Source: Syncephalis fuscata S228
Lineage: Eukaryota; Fungi; Zoopagomycota
Length of the DNA stretch: 64,000 nt
Reading direction: 5' to 3'
NCBI GenBank assembly: GCA_025786725.1
Contig: JAHLTZ010000012.1
Coordinates: 62,001-126,000, forward strand
Shown here: one piece after another, positions 1 to 13,707 of the stretch
How positions within the stretch are numbered: position 1 is the first letter of the stretch
Layout of the letters: the number at the start of each line of letters is the position of its first letter
Made by a program: the position numbers and the translations under genes
Notes under the pieces: model-generated
What the model was told of the DNA's origin: nothing
Seen by the model: only the letters and a program-made list of their open reading frames with translations
Databases searched by the model: none

Positions 1-229
1 TAATACCTGTCTTAGTGCATAGAATACAGCTGTAGGTTGGCTACTACTATTATTATTGCCATCCATGCTTAATGCATAGTGTCGACTGATTAAAAGATTT
101 ATTTTACTGCTATTTAAAACATGGTGCTATTTGTTTATTCAGAGTTATTTTATAAATGGACAAAGCTTAATGATTTACTAATAATAATGGCAAGATGATG
201 ATGACTGTAAATAAGTCATGCTATAATAG

Positions 230-1538
230 TTAAATGTGATATTCTCCTCGTCTTGTTAGTAGTTGTGCATATTTTGGGTCAATGCCATTGCTAAGTAGAC
301 CTCGTCCATTGTTAATAACTGTGCTTTTATCGTAAAATGAATGAACGAGCGTTTCTGTTACCGGGCTGATATGTTTATCGTCAATACGTTGCTGATGCAT
401 CCGATTGTCCAATTTCCCGTACAGTGTCGATGCAGCTATTACTATAGCGGTACCAAATAGAAATAGACCACTGGGCTGAAACCCAAAGAACATATAGCTA
501 ATGACACCTGATAAAATAATGCTAATACTCGTGGCAAATCCTTTAAGAATGTTATCGGCATACTTAACAACAATGGCCACAAGTATACCACCAAGTGCCT
601 GGTTGGTCAATACAAGCCAAGTAAACATGTTGTAGCCCTGTAACATGCCGTCCTTCATGATGGCATGTCGGTCCTGCACTAACATGGCTAGTATGGAGAA
701 TAGCCCACCGGAAATGCCTAGTTGAATATTGCGTATCCACATACTTGTGCTGGTCGTTTTAAGAACGCGCTCAAAGTAACAGCCTGCAAATCCCGATAAC
801 AAACACGCTATCATTACAGCACCAAAGCCAATCAATGGATCTTGTGCAAGATGGAACTGTGTCTGTTTTTTATCTACACCTTGATTTAAATCCTTTTCTG
901 AGGCATGTGATGCAACCGATGTGCTAGTCACCGTTTGTAATTGTACAAATGTAACACCCAGCATTAGTAGTCCCAAGGATAGCCATTGTAGAGGCATAAT
1001 GCGTCGACCCAATATAATGACGGAGAAAATGGCTGTAGATAGGATCTTGACTTGATAAATGACTTGAAATGAAGCCGCCTCTAAATTAGACAGTGCAATG
1101 TAAAGTAGGTTATTTTGAATTGCGTACAATGCCGATGGAACCGCCATGAGCAGCAGATCCTTTGGTTGCTGTAAAATATCGCGCTTCACTCGTCGCTGAA
1201 ACGAGGCCCAGGAACTCGATTGTTTATACAAAATAAATAAGCAAGTAGGCAGTTTAATAATCTCAGCCAATACAACAGCCGTTGAGGCAATGTATACAGA
1301 CTGATCGGGTGATCGTACCATGCGAGAATACCGCATCATAAGAACTAGTGCGCTATTCTGCAAAATAAGCACAATGAGCGATAGATATTTTATCGGTAAA
1401 TTAAACATAAAAGGCTCGTTTGCAGCTAACACGTAAATTGGTTGTTATTATTCAATCGATATAAACATCAGGTAAACGCCTACCTTTTGCTGTTGATATA
1501 CGCGCCAATGGCAAGGAACTTGGCCGCGAGTACTTCAT
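230..1538 (-). CDS. Nucleotide-sugar (UDP-galactose/UDP-GlcNAc type, SLC35A/Gms1 family) transporter, 2 exons
   Basis: Motifs VPSALYAIQNNL, YQVKILSTA, SGFAGCYFE, VKYADNILKGFATS. ATG at 1538 (MKYSRPSS...), intron about 1483-1426 joins the long ORF in frame. Confidence 0.93.
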
Positions 1539-2594
1539 GGTTTGCAACGCGTTAAAGAAACGCAAGTGCTGTGTAGTGGCAATTATGAATTAGCAAAAAT
1601 TGCCAGTATATTAAACTAAAACTAAAATAGTATTACTGAAAGGAAGATTGCGTTTGTATAATAATAATAATAATAATAATGGAATAATGAAAGAGTTAAT
1701 AGAGATGACTGTGTACTTGCCGCTATTGGTGTACAGCTTATTAGAAATATGAAGTAAAAAATTGCAAAAACAAGAAGACTTACAGAAAGGCAACACTGTC
1801 TCGTTTGATTGCCGAAGTGAGACAACATTTTCACGAGCTTTAATATCCGATATTGTGTGTGTGTGTTCTGTTGTGGTAAAAAGCATGCGCCTGAAGCTGT
1901 GCCTATTTTCTTTTTCTTGGTCCAACAAACCTTATCCCTTAATGCGTTCACCTAAGTTTCTTCCTACAGCTTGTCTCTTTTCTTTTTCTTTTCCTTTTCA
2001 AACACCAAGCCTAGCTGGCAGGTCAACATTCTGCATCGTGCATCCATAAAAAACGCATACTACTACTCATCTAATAAATATCATGCTATCTTTTAGATTG
2101 AAATATTGTTTAATATTTATTGCTATTGTATCCATTATTGCATAGCGCTGAGACTGCTGCGGTACTATTGATAACACTGTATTTGGTCACTGTGTGACAT
2201 TTGCAGATAATTGCTACAAGCATGATCGTCTAAATGATATCTAAACGATTTGCGTGTTTTCTTAATGCAGCATCTCAATAAATATCTTAAAACTAATATA
2301 GTAGTTGACGATTGCTATCTTGCAATGTAATGATAAACCAATTCAAAAAGCAACGTAGTTTAAGAAAGCCCCAGAACTTTATTGAATTTATTAGATGACG
2401 ATTAAACGTATATTTTCCTAAAATTAACAGATTTTAAAAAGCGTTGATTATCTGCTATTTAATTCATTCTACTACAACTATATTATATTATTATTCGATT
2501 TTATCGGCGTTAGCAAATACTTGACTGTAGTTTTATTTTGGTTAAATAAACTGATGAAAAAATGTAAATTTGTCTTTTGGTTCGCTTTTCAAAT

Positions 2595-3944
<1,350 letters not shown>

Positions 3945-4119
3945 GGATGTAAGCTTTAATGGACCAGCAAATATAGAGTGTGGATAATAAGAAAGAAAAA
4001 ACAACACGCCACCGAATCATCGAAATGTATACGTGACGCCCTGGCGTATTCTTTCTCGTTCTTTCTTTCTTTTTTCCTACTACTGAATCTGCTTCTATTC
4101 TCTTGCATTTCAGCAGCAT

Positions 4120-5471
4120 ATGTCGGTCAAGGATAAGTTAGTATTTGCAAAGGATCAGAATGTGCTCTGCTTCCATGGCCCGCTTTTATACGAAGCCAAG
4201 GTACGCCGCATACTGCTGAGCCAGCACTGGTGGCAAACAACAAATCTTTATTTTATTCTAACAAACTACTTGTATACTTGTTATTTTTATTGCTGTTACG
4301 CTTATTGTTGTATAGGTGTTAGAGGCAGAATGGTGGGAGGGTCGAGAGGATGCCGACGATGGTCCATATTATCTAGTGCACTACAAGGGATGGAAACAGC
4401 GGTAGGAACATACATGTGTAGCCTATGAGCATAGTAATAATTATATGCAGATGGGATGAATGGGTTCAAGAGACACGTATTATGGAGATCAACGAAGAAA
4501 ATCTTGGCAAACAAAAAGCGTTGAAGCAATCACACCGTACAAAAAAGTCTTCAAGCAAACAAACAGGACCTTCACATGTGGTTGGGTCGCGACACGAGAA
4601 ACAGGCGAGTGTCGATGAGAAGGGAAAGAAGCGACCGCGCGATGATGCTATTGAAGGAGTAAGTAGAATAAAATTACCTATTAATAGCAATTAATATACT
4701 AATCTTTATACAATTATTAAATAGGAAGAAGATTATATAGCACGTCCTGAAGTCCGCATTCCAATTCCTGGTCCATTAAAGGTACAATTGGTCGATGATT
4801 TTGAATGGGTTACGCGGCAACATAAGGTGGGATTATAGTGTAAAGAAATGATGGAATAATACTAATCACACCATGCTGAATAGCTGGTGCCGCTACCACG
4901 CCAACCAACTGTCACGCAAATCATTGAAATGTATTGTGAATCACGCGAAACAAAACATGCCACGTAAGCAATGTTACAAATCAAATGAGCTATTAGTAAC
5001 CGTTTCATAGAGAAAGCTATTTATCAGAATTTGCCGCAGGACTACGCATCTATTTTGATCGTGCACTTGGCAATCGTCTATTGTATCGATTGGAACGACA
5101 GCAATATGCGAGAATACTTGAAGAATACCCAGACACGCCCATGTCGGATATCTATGGTGCCGAGCATTTATTGCGTCTATTTGGTAAGTAATCGTTTCAA
5201 TAGTTTAAAATGGCTATTAATTAGCAATACATTATAGTTGAATTGCCAAAGCTATTAGCATTCACTAGTCTCGGTAAAGACGGAATGTCACGACTTAGAG
5301 AACAGCTACTGGATCTACTGAAGTAGGTTGATCTGAGTACCAATAGTAATTATCAATATAATATTTAACATTTGAATGCTTAGATTTTTACAAAAGAATT
5401 CCAAACAGCTTTTTACAGATGCATACGAAAGTGCATCTCCTGCACACATGAACATGCTTAAAGCAACGTAG
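4120..5471 (+). CDS. EAF3: MRG15/Eaf3 chromodomain + MRG domain protein, multi-exon
   Basis: [49 protein letters not shown]. Confidence 0.95.
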
Positions 5472-5559
5472 TATAAACACACACACACACCACGCACGCG
5501 CACACATGCTTTGTTTACAAAGATTATTTTTCGTAATTAAATCCAAGTAGTATAAAACA

Positions 5560-6408
5560 TTAGTTGGTCAATTTGGCCGTAACCTTATCATTAAGTAGCC
5601 AGTCTGCATTGTCTGCATTGATGGCAGTCAGATGTGTGTCAAAATCCACGAGCAATCGATGAGCCTGGCTGGTAACAGCAGCTGCGGCCGTGTCAAGCGC
5701 ACTTGATCCCAATTGAAACTGCGGGTTCTTGGCATCTGCGGAACTGTTGTTTGATGAGCCATTTGGCTGATTACGCGCTACCACCCATTGTCCATCGCGT
5801 GCTGTATGAAACTAAAATATAAAAAGTAACGTATTATTAATAATGCAGCCGTTTGTTTATGTCGTCTGCACTTACGATAAGAGCGTTGGTGGGTTGAGTA
5901 GTCGATAGCTTGTTATTGTCAACCTAAATGGTATGTTGTTGTTAGTATGAATAGCTGTAGCAATGTTTGTTTTCGTTACCACTACGGCAAATGCTTCTGG
6001 TTGATATTCGCGAATTCGATTGGCAATATGCGTACCAACTAGGCTTAGCTCAGTTGAATCGAGCATTTCATTCGCTTGGTAATATCCAATAATGGTTTGA
6101 CCCGTCTTTTCACAGTAGATATCGAGCTATGTACGCGTTTGTGTTGTTGTCTAGTTAGTTGTTGATTGGATCTAGTATACGCACCAACTTACCTGTTCGA
6201 GAGCAATCTCTAGCATCGGTGAGAGATTCAAGCGCGTATGAAAAAGCGGCACCACGTCTGTAACGGCCACTGCTGACGTTTTAAGACTTGATGTCGTGGC
6301 GAGTAAAACGCCGTTAACGCTAGAACATGCATGAGCAGCGACGTGCAATACAATCTTTGCATAGGCACAGCGAGATACAGTGTAGGTAGCAGGTGTGGAG
6401 GAAGACAT
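5560..6408 (-). CDS. ER membrane protein complex subunit 8/9 (UPF0172, MPN-like)
   Basis: AYAKIVLH...SVNGVLL...DVVPLFH...LSPMLEIALEQ, IIGYYQANE, LVDFDTHL...DWLLN. Confidence 0.9.
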
Positions 6409-8696
6409 TGTCGTGTTGCAGTTGGTTGACTATGGCAGTCTGATATAACCGTAGTGTTCTCTGGTCAGTATATGTATGAAATGCGAACAAGCTTTATACA
6501 AAACTTGCCTGTTGAATAAACAATAAAGAATAAAAAGTACTAATGAAAAAGTGTGATGATCAGTAATTGGTGTTAATGTTTGTACAGTCATACTAATATG
6601 CTATGTGACAAAGTAATTATGAGCACACTAGATATCAAGTAAATATCTATTGCTTTAGACTGTGTAGATTATCAGTATTTACATTAAATATGTTCAAAGT
6701 AGTCATTAAATGGCATCGGTGCATAATATTAAGATGCAATAGGATTATTGTCGGAGACATGGTTCATATGAACTGCATATTTAACTCAACATTATATTTT
6801 ATCGTCTCATATATGCACCAAATACTTGGCAGCAATATAATGAAATCTATATTACGTTGTGTATTCACGCTGTGATGATAGCCAAGAATATATATAAGAT
6901 TATTGCATTCAAGTTAAACCAAAACATAAAAATCTATTAAGCTTAAAAGTAAGCAATTTTCATTCATCCCGCATGTAGGCTATTTATAAAAAAGATTATA
7001 ATTTTATTCAAATACTGTATAAAAATAGATATTTAATTTAATCTTGCTATAGCTAGTTAACTAGTATTGCTTGATTGCATTTTACTTTGAGTCTCCCCAG
7101 GGCAGTAAATCATTTTACGCAATCAATTGTAACGATTTAAATAGTCGACGATTTGATTAGATTAAATTGTGTTTAAATGATCATTCACAATAAATATTAA
7201 AACAATATTATTGTCCATTATCATTTCCATAAAACTGATTAAATGTAACAAAACATTGTATTAGTAACAATATTGAATATTTAAATAAAACTTGCATTTA
7301 ATATCTAAACAATCTCACAAGGAGAAGGCCTAGCATTACTTTGTTAAAAATGCCAAATAAATTGCTTATTTTACTTTGACTCCTACATTTTGAGTCTCCA
7401 AAGCAAAATTTGTTCTAATAAAAGTCATGCTGCTATGTTATTGCTATTGCCTAAATTACATGATTCAACAAAGTTCATTTTAAGCTTCATTGTACTCTAA
7501 TTAAGGTTTTTCCCCATCAGGGTTCATTGCATTTATGCGCTATTTAATCGCAGACAGTATTACAAATACTTAATACTGCCGGCCAAACATGAAATAAATA
7601 GCTTTCTTTACTTCCAATTGCTTTTAGCTTACTTTCAGGTTTATACAGTTGAAACTTTTGCTTTAAATTACTGAATAAAGCTATTTATTAATAATGAGTT
7701 GTTGTTAAGCTACTGAAATTTAATAATTCTTATTAATTTAAGTAATTAACATTTGACTAAGCCATCTTTATTACTCTTTCTTCTATCTTGGTTGCTTAGC
7801 AAACATTACATTACTATACATCTGTTTTTGTAACAATGTATAATATAGCTATATTATTTCCTATTAAAATGCTGTTAATAAAATAATTTAAATAAATAGT
7901 GTAATTTATTATTTGATTTTTTGAATTTATTAGCCATTTAGTATGATTTGTAGTTAAAATGACTAAATTTAATAACGCTCAATCTTTGGACATGATGATG
8001 GGTGATAAATGACATTAAATATCAAATTACAATGCTTTAAATACTTTACAGTAACAATAATATGAATTAACATTTATCTATTATTATCATTTATCTATTT
8101 ATTATATTTTATTCTAAGTAACATGAAATACTATTTTACATTTACTAACACTAATATTGGGTATTGAAAATAGTGCGGACTAAATCAATTTTACCTGAAT
8201 TAGCCGGAATTGATATAGCATTGCTTCAACAAATAACGCTTCTTAGTATTAAAAACTGATTAACAGTTATACAAAAAGTTTTATTGCTCTTTTGTCCTAT
8301 TTTAAACCATGGGATCCAAATTAGAATAGATTCAATTGACTAAATAATTAGGGGGTGGCGATAACCAGTAACCAATCATGTATATTAATAACATCCACCT
8401 TACTGGACTATTTTGTGTCAACATAGGCCAAATAAACTTGTTTCATGGTCGCACATTAGCTGTATACATGAGCTTCTATCCAGTTGAGTGGTTTATATTC
8501 ATAGAAAATGAAAGGCCTAGACTTATTGTTTCTACCTTATTACATGTGTTCTTTTCGATAAGGCAAAATCGCATTATTGCGTGTATTTAATCCTGCACTA
8601 GAGCAACAGAAACTACTTTCTGACATTTTATTACTTTACTTTGCGCAACATCATTCTTTTTGTCTAGTTCGTCTCGCTAATAGATCATTACTTAGC

Positions 8697-10589
8697 ATGC
8701 TATTCTTTTTACTGTTGCTCTGTTTATTTTTTAGCTGTATAAATCAGCTACGGCCAGTTCTTGGCTCAGTTAAAGTACAAAACAGTGATGATTCAACAAC
8801 ATTTACCACCTATGACCCTTATCGAATCAACCAACAATTCGACGATATAGCTGGTGTAATACTACCCATTTCATTTGATGAGCACGATGATTGCAAAATT
8901 AAACAAATGGCACCGAGTATTTCTCCTAATAATAATATTGATGCTCTTCCTCGTGCCTTCATTGCCATGGTAAACGAAGGTAATGCAATGAAGGCCAAGT
9001 GCAGATCTATCAAACACGTAAGTTATTGAGCAATGTCGAAATACAGAATTGCTAATTTTACATGCAGATTGACTATGCCTTGATGAAGTATGACAAATGG
9101 CTGTTGGACCAAGGCCTGCCCTCGATCAAAACGGCTATCGTAGCTTTGCACTTCCCCAAAAACGATGTATCTGAGACGCTTCAAGGCGCGTTAAATTATC
9201 TATTTTTGCCAAACAATTCATTTAGCATTCCTATAACAATAGTATCTAATGAAGACTACGAACAGCTCAAGACTACGATTGCCCGCGTAACTGGTGCAGC
9301 TACCAGCATAGTTGTTCATGGTAATTAGTTCTAGTCAATTATATAGCTATTTAACTAATAGCTAATTATCAAGAACGTGGTTCATGGAATACGGTACTAT
9401 TTTCTGGCTGGTATCAGGCATTTCTGTGGATTGCCTTTATTATTAATGTGTCATTTATTTTACACGCATTATGGCGACTGACAATTGTATGGAAAAGCGG
9501 TGTATTCAGGCACGGAATACGTACAGCAGCCTTTATAATTGCACTGTGCTCTGTTATTCGTAAGCTGACTACTGCCATTACTATTGTTTTCAATTATTAA
9601 TCAGTTTACTTAGTTGTTCTTGTCAGCGTTCCCATTTATGGCTCGCCTTATTACGAAATAATTGCTCGTGCTGGATTATTACTTTTTAATGTTGCATTGT
9701 ACCTTGTTTTAATAATTTGGTAAGCCACAATTAACGCTATCCTCCATTTATTAATGATATTAAATCAAAACTGAATGCATTAGGTCCTCGCTAGATTCCA
9801 GTATGAATAATAGAAAAAGTACAAAAACGGTTAAATTAGGGATCCACGTAGTTTTTGCTATTATTCTATTGGTTCTGCTGTCCAACTGCATACTTCCGTT
9901 TATTGCACGATTCAATCGCATGTACGCAGAAAAGCACCTAACGATTCGTTTGGTAACAAGTGTATTACAAATGGTTTCTGGTCTGTTTTTCTTATATTTT
10001 GGTAAGTAAATTAGCCAAAAGCTGAATTCATACAATAAATAACTAGAAATACTAACATTGTATAACTAGGAATAAAATTCTACATAACATCCAAAACCTG
10101 CCTTACTCCATTAAACAGACGTACTTTATTACAGGTAAATAATATATCTTTATTTTTCTGTTATTTCATCTAACTAGTATTGCTTTCTTTAATTTATAGT
10201 TGAGCCTGATTTCCGTAATTTTATGTATAGCTATCATTTTGATCTGTCTTGATCCAATACTTAAATTCTCCAGAAAGGACTTTTCAAACTATTACTCTAC
10301 CGCAACTATTCGAACCACACTCAACATCATAGGACTTACCGGCCAATCGGCAAGCCTTTTGTACATGTTGGGAATACGCATGCCAAGTGACAGCACAACT
10401 ATACCATTGGCTGTTATGGCATCGCTGAAAAACATTTTGCCAACTCTTAGACAAAAAATGTCGAAATCTGCACACACCCACAAGCACCAGCTGACTGCGC
10501 TAAGCAATGATAACAGCGCCAATGTTAAATCAATCAAACATATAACCAGCGAGTCATCCATTGCATCTTATCCCGATAATATGGTATAA
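8697..10589 (+). CDS. Orphan membrane protein: signal peptide, ~170-aa ectodomain (possibly PA-like), about 7 TM helices, Ser-rich tail; about 7 exons
   Basis: Hydrophobic N-terminus MLFFLLLLCLFF; GT-AG introns link the ORF pieces; successive hydrophobic helices after GSWNTVLFSGWYQAFLW. Confidence 0.7.
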
Positions 10590-11008
10590 GTCAAAATATA
10601 CCATAATACCACCTGATAATTTCTGCGTTGCATCTAATTCTCTGCTGATTAACACCATGAACAACATCTATATTTATCGCGTGTATATTACTGCTATAAT
10701 GATGAAAAAACAAGTAAAATAGTCGGGGTAAAAAGCTAACTTGGCTGCATAACAGGTACTAAATCAGCAATTCCAAAGGCGCTTCATTATACCCGCGTTC
10801 TATTGTATAACCGGTTATGTCGTACAGCAATTTATGCAACAAACAAGGCAGCATTTTGATTTGTATCCTTCGTTATAATAAAATCTTTATTACCCACCCA
10901 GTGTATTAAGCAATTATGATTCCTTTTTCGTGCTATTTCATACATTTCTCCACTCTACTTTACGTCGCTTTTTCAAATATTTCTACTCAGCATTATTTAT
11001 ATTTATTA

Positions 11009-12217
11009 ATGTATCTAACAAACAATTCAGAGGATACGCTCTGCTTTCCAGTAACATATGGATTTGAATGTGGACCCAGGTCTATAATCCTATACACAAC
11101 AATAGTTTGTCTTTGTATATCAATAGGCACGCTCATTCATTGCACAGCAGTGGCCGTCTATCGGCAACGCCATGGGTTATTCATGTCACTTTTCTACATG
11201 GCCGATGGCTATTTTATTCCAAAGCCCATGGATATCTTTATTGTAAGCCAAATCATTAGTGAATTGATGCAAATTTTTCAATACACCATTGCTTTGGCCA
11301 ATTGGCCGCGCAGTATAGTAATCAATTACATTATTAACGCTACCTCTGCCGCCATTATACCACTTACTGGATTTTGGGAATTGATTGGGATTGTTTCTCA
11401 TATCCCACCTGTGTTCGTGTACCAGCCTTCAGTTACGAGGTCAACCTTTCAGGGTCAATATCGAGAATTAGACGACACGGCAATTATACCATGTGCCAAA
11501 ATATATAGCATTTTTGTGCCATCTATCCGCACACTTTATTGGCTTAATATATTTTTTAGTATATTGTCAACGGTGCCGACAATCGGTCTGAGCGTCTGGT
11601 CTGGATGGGTTCAAGAGAATCATAAAATCGACATGGTTTCCAGTTCAGAAACCAGTTATTTAGTCTCCTACGGCCTGGTGAATACAATCTATACCAGTGG
11701 CGGCATCTATTACTACTACGGTTTTTATCGCATACTTAAGGCTTGTACAGAGCAGTCATCCGATAACCATCGTAATTATGAGGAAAAAAGAGAAATGGCT
11801 TCTGGATTCCGTAATATCTTTTTAGCCATTATAGTAGCAGGTATTACTGTGTGGTTTTTTACGATAGCTGGCCATTTATTTTCAAAACTTGAACACGAGC
11901 ATGAATGGTGCCATATAATCTCTATTGTTATCCAATACGCTATCATTTATCCAACCATTCAGTGGATTATCAGCTATTACGTATTGAAAAACTCAAAAAC
12001 TCAAGTGAAGCGCCAAAAACACATATCGTTAAGTGTGGTAGAAAAAGATGCTGCTAATTATATATCAGCCTGTAGAAGTGATATTTACGGTAACTCGTGT
12101 AATTTTGGCTCTACACGGGTGTATAGCTGCTTAGAACAAACCGATGGTTCATTAGTGTGGCATAGCTTTGTAACACATTCTTTACTAGCTTCTGATGATG
12201 TTGCAATAACTAGATAA
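11009..12217 (+). CDS. Single-exon orphan 7TM (GPCR-like topology) protein, paralog of 59058-60329
   Basis: About 400-aa ORF with about 7 hydrophobic segments; shares PxDxF, WPxS, GIxSHIP, YGFYRxL, RNIFLA, LVW motifs with the paralog. Start ATG inferred. Confidence 0.8.
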   Translation: MYLTNNSEDTLCFPVTYGFECGPRSIILYTTIVCLCISIGTLIHCTAVAVYRQRHGLFMSLFYMADGYFIPKPMDIFIVSQIISELMQIFQYTIALANWPRSIVINYIINATSAAIIPLTGFWELIGIVSHIPPVFVYQPSVTRSTFQGQYRELDDTAIIPCAKIYSIFVPSIRTLYWLNIFFSILSTVPTIGLSVWSGWVQENHKIDMVSSSETSYLVSYGLVNTIYTSGGIYYYYGFYRILKACTEQSSDNHRNYEEKREMASGFRNIFLAIIVAGITVWFFTIAGHLFSKLEHEHEWCHIISIVIQYAIIYPTIQWIISYYVLKNSKTQVKRQKHISLSVVEKDAANYISACRSDIYGNSCNFGSTRVYSCLEQTDGSLVWHSFVTHSLLASDDVAITR

Positions 12218-12989
12218 AAAATACAGGTATTAGTTTGATAGATACTGTGCTGGTAAACACATGTATTTTAATTTAATTAATAAATACCTTCAACGATTTT
12301 TAATGATTGTAGTATTATTGTCCCAATACTATGGCCATACCCTTATGATAACGTGGCTAAGAAATACACCACGTAATTAAATAATCTTTTAAGATCGCAT
12401 ATAATTGCTGAAATAATAATATATATTGAATATTAGCACTAATCACTAGTAGCAAGCGACTTTTACAAATACGACCACTAAGTATTTGCTAGTTGTAAAC
12501 ATACAACAGCTATATGGACTGATATGCTGCGTTAATAATGAAATAGTACAAGGCATTTGGGCTTTACTATTAGCTATGTTTGTTATAAAATAATGGCTTC
12601 ATTTAGTTGCAATTTTTAATTAAAAACGTAACAGTATATACAATAAGTCATTAATATTAATTGAATAAACACTGCAACTTGCCTAATACTAGTGCGATAT
12701 TTTGCAAATAAACTATGTCCATTATTTCTTAATATGTTCTATCTATGCAAATGCAATATGCTAGTTAAAATACACGTAGTCTATATGAAATAACCGTCTT
12801 TTGTGTTAATGACTCAATAACTATATGTGCAAGAATGGCTAAAGGAAAATATATACCAATGATGCTGAATGATCTGTGATCTGATTTTCAACGTTTTGTC
12901 AAGATTTTGAAATGTACACGGATTCTGGCCAATAAACTTGAATTTATTGCTTCTGAGCCCTTTTAAGGATTGATTTTGTTGCAACATAG

Positions 12990-13707
12990 CCAACACGACA
13001 TTGATGTAGTTATTGTAGTACATCATAAGAGACTTGTGCCGGCGCTACAACTATCTCATAAACTAGGTCTGCCATATCGTGAAGGATTTATCAAGAATCG
13101 CTATATAGGACGCACATTTATTATGCCTGGACAAACAATGCGTCGCAAAAATGTACGCCGTAAATTAAATGCAATGGCTTTGGAATTTGCTGGCAAAAAT
13201 GTTTTGCTTGTAGATGACTCAATTGTACGAGGTACAACATCAAGCGAAATTGTTCAAATGGCACGCGATGTTGGAGCAAAGAAAGTGTACTTTGCATCGG
13301 CTGCACCAGCCATTAGGTGAGTAAATACAATACGAATCGATCGATTGATTAACTAGCCAATTAATTGCTGTTGATGTGTCTACAGACATGCCAATGTATA
13401 CGGTATTGATATGCCGACTCCACATGAACTTGTTGCCTACAATCGGAATGATGCTCAAATCGCTGAAGCCATCGGTGCCGACTATGTTATCTTCCAGGCC
13501 TTGCCAGACCTCATATCGGCCTGTAATAAGTTTAATCCAGCACTGGAGCATTTTGACACATCAGTATTTGATGGAAAGTACGTTACAGGTGACGTATCGA
13601 CAGAATATTTGCGTATGCTCGATAGCACACGCAATGACGAAGAGAAGACGAAACGTGATGCCGATGCGCCAGAGACCATTGGACTGCACAATAATTTTGG
13701 CAAATAA
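12990..13707 (+). pseudogene. ADE4: Amidophosphoribosyltransferase, 3' (PRTase) half only; 5' part decayed or absent
   Basis: [42 protein letters not shown] are intact; the DIDVVIPVP motif is corrupted ([15 protein letters not shown]); no glutaminase-domain exons are visible upstream. Confidence 0.75.

Noticed and set aside
1611-2049. Short overlapping ORFs upstream of the transporter (similarly 22275-22529, 28428-29397, 57682-58616)
   Set aside because: Low-complexity promoter, UTR or intron sequence with no protein-like composition or family motifs.
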